Positions 1 to 12,416 of a stretch of 64,000 bases of DNA are shown here, in pieces (position 1 is the stretch's first letter; each line of letters opens with the position of its first letter). Under the pieces are notes generated by a model. The model was given only the letters and a program-made list of their open reading frames with translations. It searched no databases and was not told the DNA's origin. The stretch comes from Marsupella aquatica. Lineage: Eukaryota; Plantae; Marchantiophyta. The position numbers and the translations under genes were made by a program. Where the stretch lies: NCBI GenBank assembly GCA_973895155.1, contig OZ316897.1, forward strand, positions 20,091,224-20,155,223, written 5' to 3'.

Positions 1-2188
1 TAACCTATCAAGGTGGCAAACTGAAAAATAAATTAAAATTGATGGGGCTCCATGTATGTATTTCACAAGGTGGCATTGTTATAAATGAGTCCACTGCTAA
101 AGTTCAAAACGAGCCATACGGGGAGATAGGATGAAAACAGCAAGACACCCAACAAAGGTGGGAAAACAAACTGAGGAAAACCCTAAGAAGACGAAAGAGC
201 CAAAGAAACCTAAAAACGTGAGAGTCCCAAACAATTGCAAAAAGAATTTTTGCACTACTGAGCAGCCTGGTAGAGTTTGGAATAAACCTCACAGGAGGGT
301 CACAAAGAGGACTTTGACTGTCGGCCCTAACCAGAGAAACAAAATGCACCAAACAAGAGTACACTCTCCCAAAGACAGGAGACCCAATAAAAGGGAAAAC
401 AAGGGTGCCATTCTAATAGATGTGAGATGTGGCTAAGCCACCCCCACCTGGGCAAGCCCCCCTAAAAGGTTGACAACGTTTAGCAACGACAATGCTACAT
501 AATCATGCCACGAGGTGAGATTTACCCGGCTTTATGCATGTGTTCTACAGTCTACCCACCAGAGTTTCACCTAACAGTTTTCAATCATTCACCCCTATTC
601 CCTGACCCAACGACAGAAAGCAGAAAAAAAAATGTTCTCCTTAGTTGTCCTAAACCGACACCCCACCATCAAAAACAAAACACCAGATATTTCGGACACA
701 TAGGAATGTAAAAATTGGCCACGTTGCATGGACATCTAGCTAAAATAAGCCGTTTCTCGGTTCCTATTTTGTCATGGCGTGAACCAGGGTGATTTCAAAA
801 TATTTTTCTTTTTCGCCAGGGTGGCAATGTCGCCTTCTATCAAGGAGAAGACGCTATTAATGACTTCTCCAAGTTTTTAGATGAATTTCTGACCCTTAGA
901 TTTCCCTAGATTTAAGGAGAACAGTCAGATTCTAGCTAAAGGGCGTCTGTGAGAAACTGTCTGGCAGATAAGTCAAAAACTCCGGCACCGACCTCCCTTG
1001 TGTTGGGACGTTAGGATATAGTGATGATGTCATAAATATGAGGGAACCTCAAGTAAACTTGATGAAACAAAAGGATGATGTGAGTATAGAGCCACACAAT
1101 TTGTCTTGAATCAAACAGAGGGGAAGATAATAATTCACCTTCGTGAAAAGGAAGAAGTTGGCAATCAACAAGCTTTATAGGACAACACGTTTCTCCTCTC
1201 AACCACCTAGTGGACGACAGGTGGAGCAAACTTGTCACCAACCATGTCCATGAAGGCTCTCAAGTACCCTGGGGGACGATCAGTTAGCACAGCCGCAAAA
1301 CCTTAATATCTGCCTTTCTGGAATTCAGTTGTTCCATTGAAAAAATATCTTACTTTCTGGAATTCTTTTGTTCCATTGGGGGAAAAAACTAAAAAAAACT
1401 GATGAATCAGTGCTTTACATCAATAACAAGAATATTACTAATATATGCAATGAATGCCTGTTCCACAAATGCCTCAAGTTGCAATTATCTAGTTATTTTG
1501 TAACAAATCTGATCGTCACATATGTAGGGTGTGAAACATCGATCATCACTATTGTAGCCGGTCCCTCAAATCCCAGACAACAAGACATTGTATGGAAGTC
1601 CATTGTTTTCATATATAGAATTGCAAAGGAACAAAAAGTGTATGGAGAAGATATCCCAAAAACTCATTAAAAAAGGAGCTTTCATTATTCTTGGTAGGGC
1701 CAAGGCAGTGGGTTCTAGGGTCTCTAGGCAGATTCCTCTCCGTGACCCTTCTATGTAGTTTACTTTAGAGCTCTACGAGGCTTTTCAATTTTATCGCCCA
1801 TTAAGGTTTTTTATTTGTTGTTCGCTGTTTAGTATTTTGGTTTGTCTAGGTTACTCGTTGACTTGTTGGGCCTCTTTGGTCTTCTTGGGGTCTTTTCTTT
1901 CCCGCCTCCCCCCCCTTATTGGGGTCTTTCACCTGTGGGACCATGTCTCCGGGTTTGGTGTTCCTGTCTTTTTGGCAGTGTGATATATATGGGTTGAAGA
2001 AGGACAAAACCAGGAAAACCCAAGAGTCAAACCCAAGAGTCAAAATGGTTGCTGTAGTACCGGGCTTCTGTATGGGTCTTTTGGGCTTGTTACTTAGCTC
2101 TTTGGTTGCCTCCCCCTCTATTAGGTCTTTTGCCTGTGGGTTCAAGTATTGTGGTTGGAGGACCTTTATTTTTTGGGAGATATATCAA

Positions 2189-2217
2189 TTTTGTTTTGTT
2201 TTGTTTTGTTTTGTTTT
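2189..2217 (+). repeat. (TTTTG)n microsatellite
   Basis: Read directly from the sequence. Confidence 0.9.
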
Positions 2218-4987
2218 AGATATATCATATTGAGTCAGTTTATTAATTCTGTTATTATTCAATTCAATGTGGGATATCCCGTACTGCCATTTGACTATAC
2301 ACATTTGAAGTGACCAGTGAGCAAAGTTTTTTTGTTGGCTTAAACCGCATTGGCTTTTATTTTTATGCAAAACCTTGAAATAACACTTACTTCCACAATT
2401 CATGCTTTTATTTTTATGAGCAAAACTGACATTGAAATAATACTTACTTCCACAATTCATGTAGAGTGTACTCAGGGGCTGTCTTTAGGTAAAGCAAAAT
2501 GTGGCAAGGACAAATAAACTCTAAAATTTGTGGAATGCCCTTGGCCCAAGATATGCCATGAGAGTTCTTACACTCAAGCTATTCTTACACCCAAGCTGCA
2601 TTTGAAGAGTTTCTTTCAAAGCAAGTATAACTTTAGGGTTTAGTTGAAACTGCTATATGGTGAATCCACCTTTCAGATTTTGTCTTATTGAGAGTTTTGG
2701 TGTCATATATTTTTATTTCAATGTGCCTTATCAAGGGGCAACCTGTGTATCATATACATTTTTAATTAATCTATGGACCCTTTAATTTTTAGGATTCTAA
2801 AGTATTTTGAACTTATTTTGGCAATAAATTTTAATGTTTGTGATTTATTAGAGATGAAATGAAACGTTACACCACTTGAACATTCTCATGAATGAGAAAA
2901 ATAATTCTGTCTTAGTTCCTCTCATGTCTTTCTTTCTTAAGTTTATGGTTTTTATTGGAATGCGTGTCATTCATTGAATTAAGTGCACACATAGTAGCAT
3001 CTTTGATTATACTTTTCATTGGTCACTGTGCACCAATCCTTCTAGTTATGTTCTCATACTTTATTTCCTTTCAAATCACTACAAGACAAAAACTCAAACA
3101 TGTTCTGGGATGAGCATGCTATATACACAACCTTCATGAGTCGGTCCTTTCCGTCATTTTTTTGGCAAATAACATTGGTCTAGGGTAAGGAGGTTTTGAA
3201 TAGGGTTAATGAAAAAAAATGTTTTCATCTTTATTTTTTGTCATAAGTTAAGAATCAAACTAAAGTTCTCTTTTGCCATTTACTGAAGCTGTTGCACTTT
3301 TCATTTATTTACTATTCATTATATACTAATATTATTTTCTCTCCTGTTTCCGTTCTCAACTAAAGAAAATGTATTTTCATGCTTTCATTCCATGCCTAGT
3401 CAATTGTTTCGCTCTTTGCACAAGCAGAATGTTTTTAAAACAAAATATTAAAAACAAAATCTAGCGCCAAATCAAATGGCAATATGGGAATTCAATGTAC
3501 AAAGACCGTATCACGTACATTATACAAGTACAATATCCTGAACGTATCCACAGGAAGCGGAGCGGGCAGCTAAAGCTTTTCAGTTTTCACCGTCAGGCCG
3601 ACAGCATAGTACTGCCCGAGCTGCCCGGTCTGCCCAGCGCAACTTCGGTCTTTGTCTAAGCTGCCCGACCACCACGGGCTGCCCCTCCTGCCCTGTTCAC
3701 GGCTACGTTACTCTTACATACATTACTCTTACAGTAAAGCCCATGCAAAACATGACGGCGCGTACACGTAGAAAATGCTTTGTGATGCTGTCACTAGGAA
3801 GCACACCCAGGGACACCCCGGCTTCTTCCATCATCGCCCCGCCCCAGATAATCATTTGATGCTCGAAGAGAGCCTACGTTGAAAGATCCCACATGTGGCG
3901 GCACTCGCCTGTTCATTTTTCGACACATTCGGATGATCTGAGACTTACTTAAGACAGGCATATGCTGGAAGATTTCTCAGGATCATGAAACGCCACGGCC
4001 TTACGAGGATCTGCGTTAGTTCGATTCCTGTAGTGAAATCGGAGTTTCAGCGTTTTAAATTGAGCTTGAATGTCTACGAACCTCGTCCAAAACATATTTC
4101 CGGGTTTTCCGTCCGCAAAGGAACGATACCCACATATTAATACATATTTCCGTTAACTTTTAAACTTCATTTGAACGAACATCCCATCCCAGAGATACTC
4201 AAAGGTGTCCTCGATGTAGGTTTCGCCAAAACAATCATGATGAACGTAATAATCGACCGTCCCTTTGCTGCCAATGCGGAGGCTAGGGGTTGCTGGAGTA
4301 ATCTCAACCAGATGCCAATGTTCCTCGAAGCTTGAGATATTCTTGTAGACCTGTGACAGCCAGTCTAATATATTCGAGCTAGTAAGCATATCAGTATCCG
4401 TTTGAGTGATGGCTGGACACACACTGGGGAGACCAGATTGAATCTGGGCAATTGAGCATCAGAAGCAACTGGTTTTACAGTAAGACCCACGCCAGATCTG
4501 TGATTCAGAATTCAGTGTTGAGAACGAAAGCGCCGAAGGGGTGAACGCTGACATGCACCTCATGACACACCCGACAGGGTGGATTGAGTGGCCCACGCGC
4601 GGAAGATCCGGCCAGGTTTTTTCTCGCTTCGCTTGATGTCCGGGGACAAAGTCGCAGCGCTTTGAGCACTGCATGCAAACTAGACGTATCGTAGTGCTCT
4701 CGACTCTCAACTCTCGAGAGCGGCCAGAGAGTTAACACGAAGGTTCACAATTGCTACAGTGTCACTTCAGGTCAATGCTACTCAACACCGTATGAACAGC
4801 AAAGTAAGATGGCTAGCGGCACCAAATGCACCGGACTGTCAACACGTCAGATACCTCGCCCCCGAAAGGCAATTTCGAAGGAGTTTGGCGTCGTGGGGCT
4901 CGGACCTACTGCCAAGGGGTCCCCCTTAACCATGCGCTCCCACCCAACTTCGCGCCCACTCAGGCTCAAGTGTCCCTCTAACGTAGA

Positions 4988-4994
4988 TATAAAT
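4988..4994 (+). promoter_or_regulatory. Putative TATA box of CHS copy 1
   Basis: TATAAAT about 410 nt upstream of the ATG, preceded by a C-rich AC-like stretch (CACCCAAC). Confidence 0.4.
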
Positions 4995-5403
4995 TCTGGT
5001 CCGTTTAGCCTCATTACCCATCAGCTCTCCTCAGTGTCATCGCCTCGGCTGCTCCGAATCGCGGCAATACCTACACCGCATCTGCTTCACGTTCTGCAAG
5101 CAGACTTGAATACTTTCAGCTGGTCGACTTCACTTCCCATCCAGAGGCTCGAATAGTTTCACCTCGCCTTCGTCACTTATCGGTGGCTCTTGATTTTGAG
5201 TATCACAAGCCACAGGCTCACAGCAGTCGGCGTGTACCGTCAAGGGAATCCTAATCGGAGCCATCTCACTCTCAGGGGTACCTGCTGTACAGAGTACCAG
5301 AGATTTTTATTCGTATATTTCTTTAACGGCAAAGCTTCGATCCGAACGGTACTTCTTAAGTTGACTTAAGGTCTCTGATCCCTCCTCAAGTTAGTGTCCC
5401 CAA

Positions 5404-6972
5404 ATGGCACCAGCGGCTCCATCAGTAGATGCCGTCAGCATGGGTGAAAGTGCCAGCTTCAACCTCAACAGGGATGCTCCATCAGAAGGCAGTGCGTCAG
5501 TGCTCGGCATTGGTACCGCTGTACCACCCACCGTGCACATGCAAGACGCGTACCCAGAATTCTTTTTCGACATCACCAACAGCAACGACAAACCGGAGCT
5601 TAAGAAGAAATTCACTCGCATTTGTAAGCGTCTTACTCAGTTACAGACGTAGCAGGTTGCATTCTTAGGCACATGTTTGAACTTAAGAACCTCGGTCATT
5701 CTGGTGGTCCATATATCGTTGTAAAATTCAGCCCATTAGTTCAATATAATCACTAACTATTGTAATATGCATGATTCTGTCCTTCCAGTGTGAGTTGGTC
5801 GTAGAATTGTCCCGCTCATTAGCATTTCGTGTGAATGAGGTTAGTTCCCGGATAGGTTCCATAAGTCACATTTTCTTCATTGATCGAGCAGTTACAGTAA
5901 GTTGAAGTTTCTGAAGAAGTCTGAGCAGTGCTCCTCCTTTCCTACTATAAACTAATTTATCTGCTCGGTTTCAGGTGAACGATCCGGAATCAAGAAGCGA
6001 CATTTCTACATGACTGAGGAGCGTCTGCGGGCGAACCCAACGATCCCAACATACCTAGAGCCATCTCTGAACATTCGACAAGAGATTGCCATCGCCCAGG
6101 TGCCCAAGCTGGCGCAAGAAGCTGCAGTGAAGGCCATCAAAGAGTGGGGTGGAAAGAAGTCTGAAATCACCCATATTGTGTTCGCCACGACCAGTGGGGT
6201 AAATATGCCGGGAGCGGACCACGCTGTGGCCAGGCTGCTTGGACTACGCCCCACTGTGAGACGAGTGATGATGTACCAAATCGGCTGCTACGGAGGAGCG
6301 TCAGTCATGCGCGTTGGTAAGGATTTGGCCGAGAACAACAAGGGAGCTCGTGTGTTGGTGATAGCCAGTGAGGTAACTTGCGTGACATTCAGAGCCCCCA
6401 GCGAAACTCACGTCGACGGCCTAGTCGGTTCTGCATTGTTTGGCGATGGCGCTGCAGCCGTTATCATTGGTTCCGATCCCAGGCCAGGGATTGAGAGACC
6501 AATCTTTGAGATCAAGTGGGCTGGAGAAACCATCATCCCGGAGAGCGATGGTGCTATCGATGGACATCTTACTGAAGCCGGGCTCATGTTCCACCTGTTA
6601 AAGGATGTTCCCGGACTCATCTCCAAGAATATTGAGAAGTTTCTGGTGGAAGCAAGGAAAGCAGTTGGGTCACCAGAGTGGAACGAGATGTTCTGGGCTG
6701 TGCACCCAGGAGGTCCCGCTATTCTCGACCAAGTGGAGGCCAAGCTTGGGTTGGACAAGACGAAGATGGGAGGAAGCCGAGACACTCTCTCCGACTATGG
6801 AAACATGTCGAGCGCAACCGTTCTGTTTGTCCTTGACAGAATCAGACAACGGTCAATTGAGAAGGGTAGCAAGAACAGCGGGGAGGGTTCGGACTATGGA
6901 TTCGTGATTGGATTTGGTCCGGGGCTGACATTGGAGGTTCTGACTTTGAAGAGTCTTCCATTGTCCGTATAG
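5404..6972 (+). CDS. CHS: Chalcone synthase-like type III polyketide synthase, copy 1 (2 exons: 5404-5623, 5975-6972; 405 aa)
   Basis: Exon 1 MAPAAPS...KKKFTRI; intron 5624-5974 (GTAAG...TTTCAG) splits the Cys codon T|GT, the conserved CHS intron position. Exon 2 has the Cys-His-Asn triad ([25 protein letters not shown]), [19 protein letters not shown] and the C-terminal GFGPG motif. Confidence 0.95.
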
Positions 6973-8755
6973 CTACTGACCAGCCCTTGCAATCTGCCAG
7001 AAAAATTGGATCTCGAGAATGGATGGAGCGGATTGTAACACTGTCTAAATCAGGTAATTTGACTGTTATTCGAGGCGTCAATCAGCCAGCCTCCAGTGAA
7101 GGGGAACCTCAACAGTGGAGGAGAATAAGGGTGTGCTCATTCAAAATACCCTTGGGTTCCGGATCTTGGAGGTTATGAGCTCTAACGGGTTGATCAGTTA
7201 TGAAAAGACATGATGAGCATTGTGTCCAGTTGAGTTGACAATTCAATTCAGTCCAAGTTTACTTCGTTCGCCAAGCTAGGTAGCTACATATAATATCAGA
7301 ATTTAGCAGCCAAGGATAATGATCGGAAAAGTGATATATAGTTGAGGTGAGCGTTGAAAATGATCGACGCTGCAATGTGCACTCCTTATTAGTGGACCGC
7401 AAGCTATATTCTTAGGATATAATTGTTCTCGCCTGTGGCAATGTGCAAACATCAATAGTTCACCCACTGTAAATAAGGAACTCAAAAGAGTCTCTGCTTC
7501 TCGTATATTCCCTTTTCCTGAGAAAACTACCCATTCTTTGAAGTTCAATTTAATACATTTTACATTTCAAAAACTGTGTGAGATGTTATGTCGGTTGTCC
7601 ATTATTCGGGCAATCAAAATTCAAAATATCTCCTGAAAATTCAATATCTTCAGATATTGGGTTGGGTCTAGCCTGTCTGCTTCGCTTCGAACGTTTTAAG
7701 TTTTGGAAAGGATCAGAATCTACCAATACATGACGTTACTTGATCCTGTCTTGCTTGGCGAAGTTTTCCGTCTGATTTCATACCGTTAACTGTTTTGATG
7801 CTAGTCTGAGTACGTGAGAGCGGTAATTGTGTTTTGGTTTATGTATATACCGATATTTAGAAGGTTTCGACCGGGTTTTCTTCTACTCCATGAGTGTACT
7901 GGAAAGCCAAATCGAAAATGCACGAACGGCCTTGAGCTAGCAAAGTACAAAGTGATGCCTCTGATTTCTAGTTCTCTTCTGTGTGATTTGCTTTCGTGCA
8001 CTAGACGTCTTCTGTTCGACCAGTGACTCCGCATTAGATCTGCTCTATTCGTTATCAGATTTGCTTTGCTTGTTCAGTATCCTTTCTTCTGTGCCGCCGT
8101 TGATGGTTTCCTGTCATTTGCGCGTCTTCTTGGAAATCTACAATTATAATAACGGATCCAGCCTTTTGTTCTCCTTCATCCCCACACAAAAAACTCCTGG
8201 ACTTCTGGACCATTGATGGAGTAAATGTTCACCTTTGGCATATATGTGCTTCCCTATGGGCCCCGCCCTCTTTGCACTGGCACAGGGCTCGCAATAAATA
8301 AAATGATGGAAACAGCCATTAATGACATTTGAGACATTAGCATATCATTAAAATAACATTGCCATTAAAAATGTGCATGGAATTACAATAAGATTGCCTC
8401 TAAAGATTGTATTATTAGAATACAGGGTAAAATACTCTCACTTCTCTCACTTTTTCATTTAATGAGTAATATTGACACTAAACATGTGCATGAGCTGTTA
8501 CTTTTGCATTAGTAATATCGCCATGGTTTTACAGTATCTCAGACAAGGGTTAACCTGCGTCAAGCTCGGCCGACATAACACACTTTTGCCAGAATTGTCC
8601 ATCACATGGAAGTTCTCTACTTTCTTTGAGACCTGAAGTTTTCTAAGGGCTCTTGAGAGCAATTGTCACTGAAGTGGCTAAGTACAACTCTAGAAACGTA
8701 AGGTTCCTTTTGGCATCAAACTCATTTACAATAAAGTGGAGATGCACACTCTGAT
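6973..8755. repeat. Left non-coding arm of the CHS inverted duplication (pairs with 16198-15170 and 14295-13912)
   Basis: ACGGGTTGATCAGTTATGAAAAGACATG (~7185) is the reverse complement of ~15969-15996. CTTCCATGTGATGGACAATTCTG (~14030) is the reverse complement of ~8590-8612. The blocks are collinear in inverted order. Confidence 0.85.
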
Positions 8756-10380
8756 ATGACAGATTATAGGAAAATGTTAGAAATTTTGAATTTTGAAGTG
8801 TTTACTTTGGGTACAACTATAGAATTATAATACTCTACTACAGAACTTTAAGCCAAAGGAAAGTCACAAAATGGGGGGTTTTCTACTAGTGATATATAGT
8901 TAGACTTGCTTAACTGAGGTTAGAGCTAAGAACATGTACACCCCATAGTGAGAAGAGAGGAGTGACATACTTTTGGCGTGAAGAGGTTCTTGTCCCTGTG
9001 AAGAATATTCCCAAAGATTGACCACGAGATTGACAAGCTAGTGCATACACTCAATTCTTGTTGTGCCCTCGAGATTGACAAGTGCATACACTCAATTCTT
9101 GTTGTGCGGAGAGAGCATAGCTATTTACATCAGACTGTACGGCGCATCGTCACATTCTTACTGCTGATCAGGGATTTAGTCTTGTAGAACAATTTGCAAT
9201 TCGTTGGAAGTGCTTCAGAGGACTACCAGGAGAGAGATCCATTGATAGAGTTTCTGCCTACTCCTATGTTTTGAGTCGGAGAAATGCTATTGCACAATTT
9301 ACAACTCTTCTTGTTCTGAGGAGACTCCACCAATCTCTAATTTCATTTCAGCTATGGCATCATCACCAGAAGAGGATCAGAGAGTAGTACACTCAGGGAG
9401 TTCCGCTTTCCCATTCCTGGGCTGCAGAGGGATATGGATATCTTGAAGAAGGCATTAGAGGAGATGCACTTTGACAGTCTGCTCCATGTACCCTGGTCAC
9501 CAATGTGCCCTAGTTATGGATCTGCAAGATTTTGGCAAATGATGATGTACAAGTCCCTGGGAGTGCTGAGCTAGGAGATTTAGGGTTTCACAGAAGTGGA
9601 CATTTTGAAAAAAATTATTACAATGATTTCTTTCCAAAAAGGCCATAGTTAAGTTGTTCCTCAACTGCGTTTTGTGGCAGAGGCTTTTGTTGAATTGCCT
9701 CTCCAAAGGAAAGGTTTAATGTCAGGACAAATGCCATTTTGCAGCCCTTGTTTGCTGGCATCAGGAATATCAAATACGGTTGGAAAATGGACTCGCGTAC
9801 CAATATTTTGAAGTTCCTAGACTGGCTTTACAAGACCTTGGTTGGCACAGTTGGAGTTTTTTTTACCAAACTTGAATAATCTATCACCTTCAACGTACAT
9901 CCAAAAGATAATCTGACTACTTGGACTGAAAACCAGTTTGGAATCATTTTATGGCTCACAATGTCTTGTACAGCTAATTGCAGCAAATGGTGCTAGAATA
10001 ATTTGCTAGGAGACAACTTAGGGACCCACTCCACCTAAAAGTCACATAGTTCTAGGGCACTTCTTGTTGTGACAAGCAAAGATCTGATGAGATCTGAGGG
10101 GCATGTCTGTCCACTTTTAATGTAAAAAATTAGATCATAATAGGAATTATGGACCAAGTGGCCAGATGAAGAGACATGACAGATTATAGGAAAATGTTAG
10201 AAAAAATTTAAATGAATTTAGTTTTTTGGGACAACTGTAGAATGATAACTCTACTATAAAATTTTAAGCAGAAGGACAATTAATTATAAGCATAGTTAGA
10301 CTTTCTTAACTGAGGTTAGAGCTAGGAAGCTAGCACCCAATATTGAGAAGAAGAGGAGTGACATACTTTTGGCGTGAAGC
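8755..10380 (+). repeat. Direct repeat pair, ~210-230 bp (8755-8985 and 10175-10380), flanking ~1.2 kb of decayed sequence
   Basis: Both copies begin TGACAGATTATAGGAAAATGTTAGAAA and end GAGGAGTGACATACTTTTGGCGTGAAG. Confidence 0.75.
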
Positions 10381-10451
10381 CAGGTTTCTGCCCCTTTGAA
10401 GAGTATTCTAACAGGAGTACGTGTACCTACACTCAAGTATCTTTGTGTCAC

Positions 10452-11620
10452 TCATTACGGACCCCCATTAGAGGTCCTTTCCAAAATTCCTGGTTCCACA
10501 GTGTGCCATGTCATCATGACATGTCACAAACAGGAAGGGACTTGTTTTTGGATAAAATTAACTTCTACATTCATGTTTGTGGCAACTTTGCTGTAAAAAC
10601 TAGGACGCCATGCCGTAAAAAAGAATGTAAAAAAGTTGACATGCAAATCAAAAGATAAAAAGATTGAGGTAAACTGCTCCCAATAATGCTTTTATTTCCA
10701 TTTTGATTTCATTCAAAACATAAAATTTTCCAGACAATAATTTTTGATTTGACATTGTTGAGTCAAATCATAATGAAAACTCACGTATAATATGGCGTCG
10801 GAAAGATCTTGAAGAGACGGTCGTGATGAGCTCAGAATTGTCACCATTCGATAAGAATTGAGTAAATAATTTGAAAAATAGATTTTACCCGTGATTTTGT
10901 AATCTCTAATGTGAATAGAAATTTTGTTGTACAACCCCTGAAATGTTGACCCCTTCCATGAGAATAAACCTAAAATTGATAGATTTTATCGAGTACTAAG
11001 GAGATTATGAATTTTAGAATTTCTTTAGTTGTTTAATGAACTTAACATTGATAGATTTAGTTGAGTTCTGAGGAGATTATAAGTTTCCAATGTTCTCTAG
11101 CTTTCTAATGAGTGTGACACCGGGAGATTTTATCAAGTACTAAAGTGGTCATGAATTTCTAAATTTTTCTAACTTTCTATCCATTCTGAATTCCACAATT
11201 GGAAATTTGTTTCCATGAAATTTTTTGTCTTAAACAATTATGCAAGGTTAGTGATTTGATGACATCGATGATTTCTCTCTCTTTGTCTATCTGCATGTAG
11301 GAATTGAAAAGTGATTACTTTCGATGCAACCTGAATGCATCCAGCATCCCTTCGATAACGTGAAGGAAATTGATCACCGTTTTGCTGAAGTGGGCAATTA
11401 AACTGCCCACACATTAAACATTAGTTCACATTGGAGCTTGTTTTGTGATTGATGTTAATTATGGCTGTCTTGGTAAGTTTAACAATTGTTTCAAGTGTCA
11501 AACATTGACTTGTCCATTTTTGAAATTTTTTTCTTAAGATTTGGTGGTCCATCTAGGCTTTCTAGATAAGTGTCTCTAAAATAACATGGGGGTCCACGGA
11601 TTAATTATGTAGAGGTCCCC
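10452..11620. mobile_element. Non-autonomous TIR element with an internal ~70-bp tandem array; related copy at ~45520-47005
   Basis: Ends CGGACCCCCAT...ATGGGGGTCCACG. 10455-10620 is the reverse complement of ~46840-47005. Tandem unit ATTGATAGATTTTATC.AGTACTAAGGAGATTATGA at 10975-11190. Confidence 0.55.
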
Positions 11621-11860
11621 CATCACTTGCAAAGTTTTCAAGCTTCCCCTGAAATGTAAGAACAAATTGATTTTAACCCCAATAAAGTTATAATATTCTT
11701 GGAATATTCTCAAAATTTGATTAAAAGTACCTTAATGTTCTTATAGGATTCAAAATTTCATTTAAGTCCCAAAAAATTCTTTCACAAAAATTTCTAAGCC
11801 TTCCTTGAAAACAAATAAAATAACCCTATCTTTGATGCTCATCTGGCATCACCAAGGTGG

Positions 11861-12416
11861 AGGTTTCTTCATCCACATCTCCAAGTTTGGGGAATTTAGA
11901 AGTGAACTCAAGTGTATCTCCCCAATGGATGGCCCTGATCACAACTTGGAGATGAGAAAAAAACATGAACATTTGTGCCCCCAAAGTCCCCAAACTTGGA
12001 GATGTGGATGAAGAAACCTATATATATTTGTCCCTATTTTAGATGGTCACCAGAAGTGAAACCCAGAATGGCTAGGACCCTTCTTGTTGAGGTGCAAGCA
12101 ACCATTTGATGAGGGGCAGATTGGTCCAATTCTAATGTAAAAACCTCAGAATAGGAGTAGACCAAGCTGCCAGATGAAGAAACCTCCAGGCAACAGAGGT
12201 GACCATCTAAAATCTGGGACAAATATATATATATATATATATGTGCTCCACATAAGCAAATTAAACCTGGGTCCCACAAGTTTAGAACTAAATTCCCCCA
12301 ACTTATTGTAAAGTGAACTCAAGTGTATCTCCCCAATTATGGATGGCCCTGATCACAACTTGGAGATGAGAAAAAAACATGAACATTTGTGCCCCCAAAG
12401 TCTTGTAAAGCCACCC
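11861..12416. mobile_element. Tourist/Harbinger-like MITE with internal fold-backs
   Basis: Terminus GTCTTGTAAAGCCACCC followed by TTA (12417-12419). Perfect 33-bp inverted repeat (11861-11893 / 11987-12019), a second inverted pair (~12020-12051 / ~12198-12230) and a direct duplication (11900-11988 / 12312-12402). Confidence 0.6.

Noticed and set aside
104-2160. K/R/P-rich ORFs at 131-436 and 1846-2145
   Set aside because: Purine-skewed related repeat fragments in opposite orientation; no protein family signal.
6006-6907. Antisense and alternative-frame ORFs over the CHS exons (also 16264-17165)
   Set aside because: Shadow ORFs of GC-balanced coding sequence.
6987-7178. Similar ~63-aa ORFs downstream of both CHS stops (also 15999-16187)
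   Set aside because: Both start at TTG and diverge in their second half; the similarity is explained by the duplicated 3' UTR.
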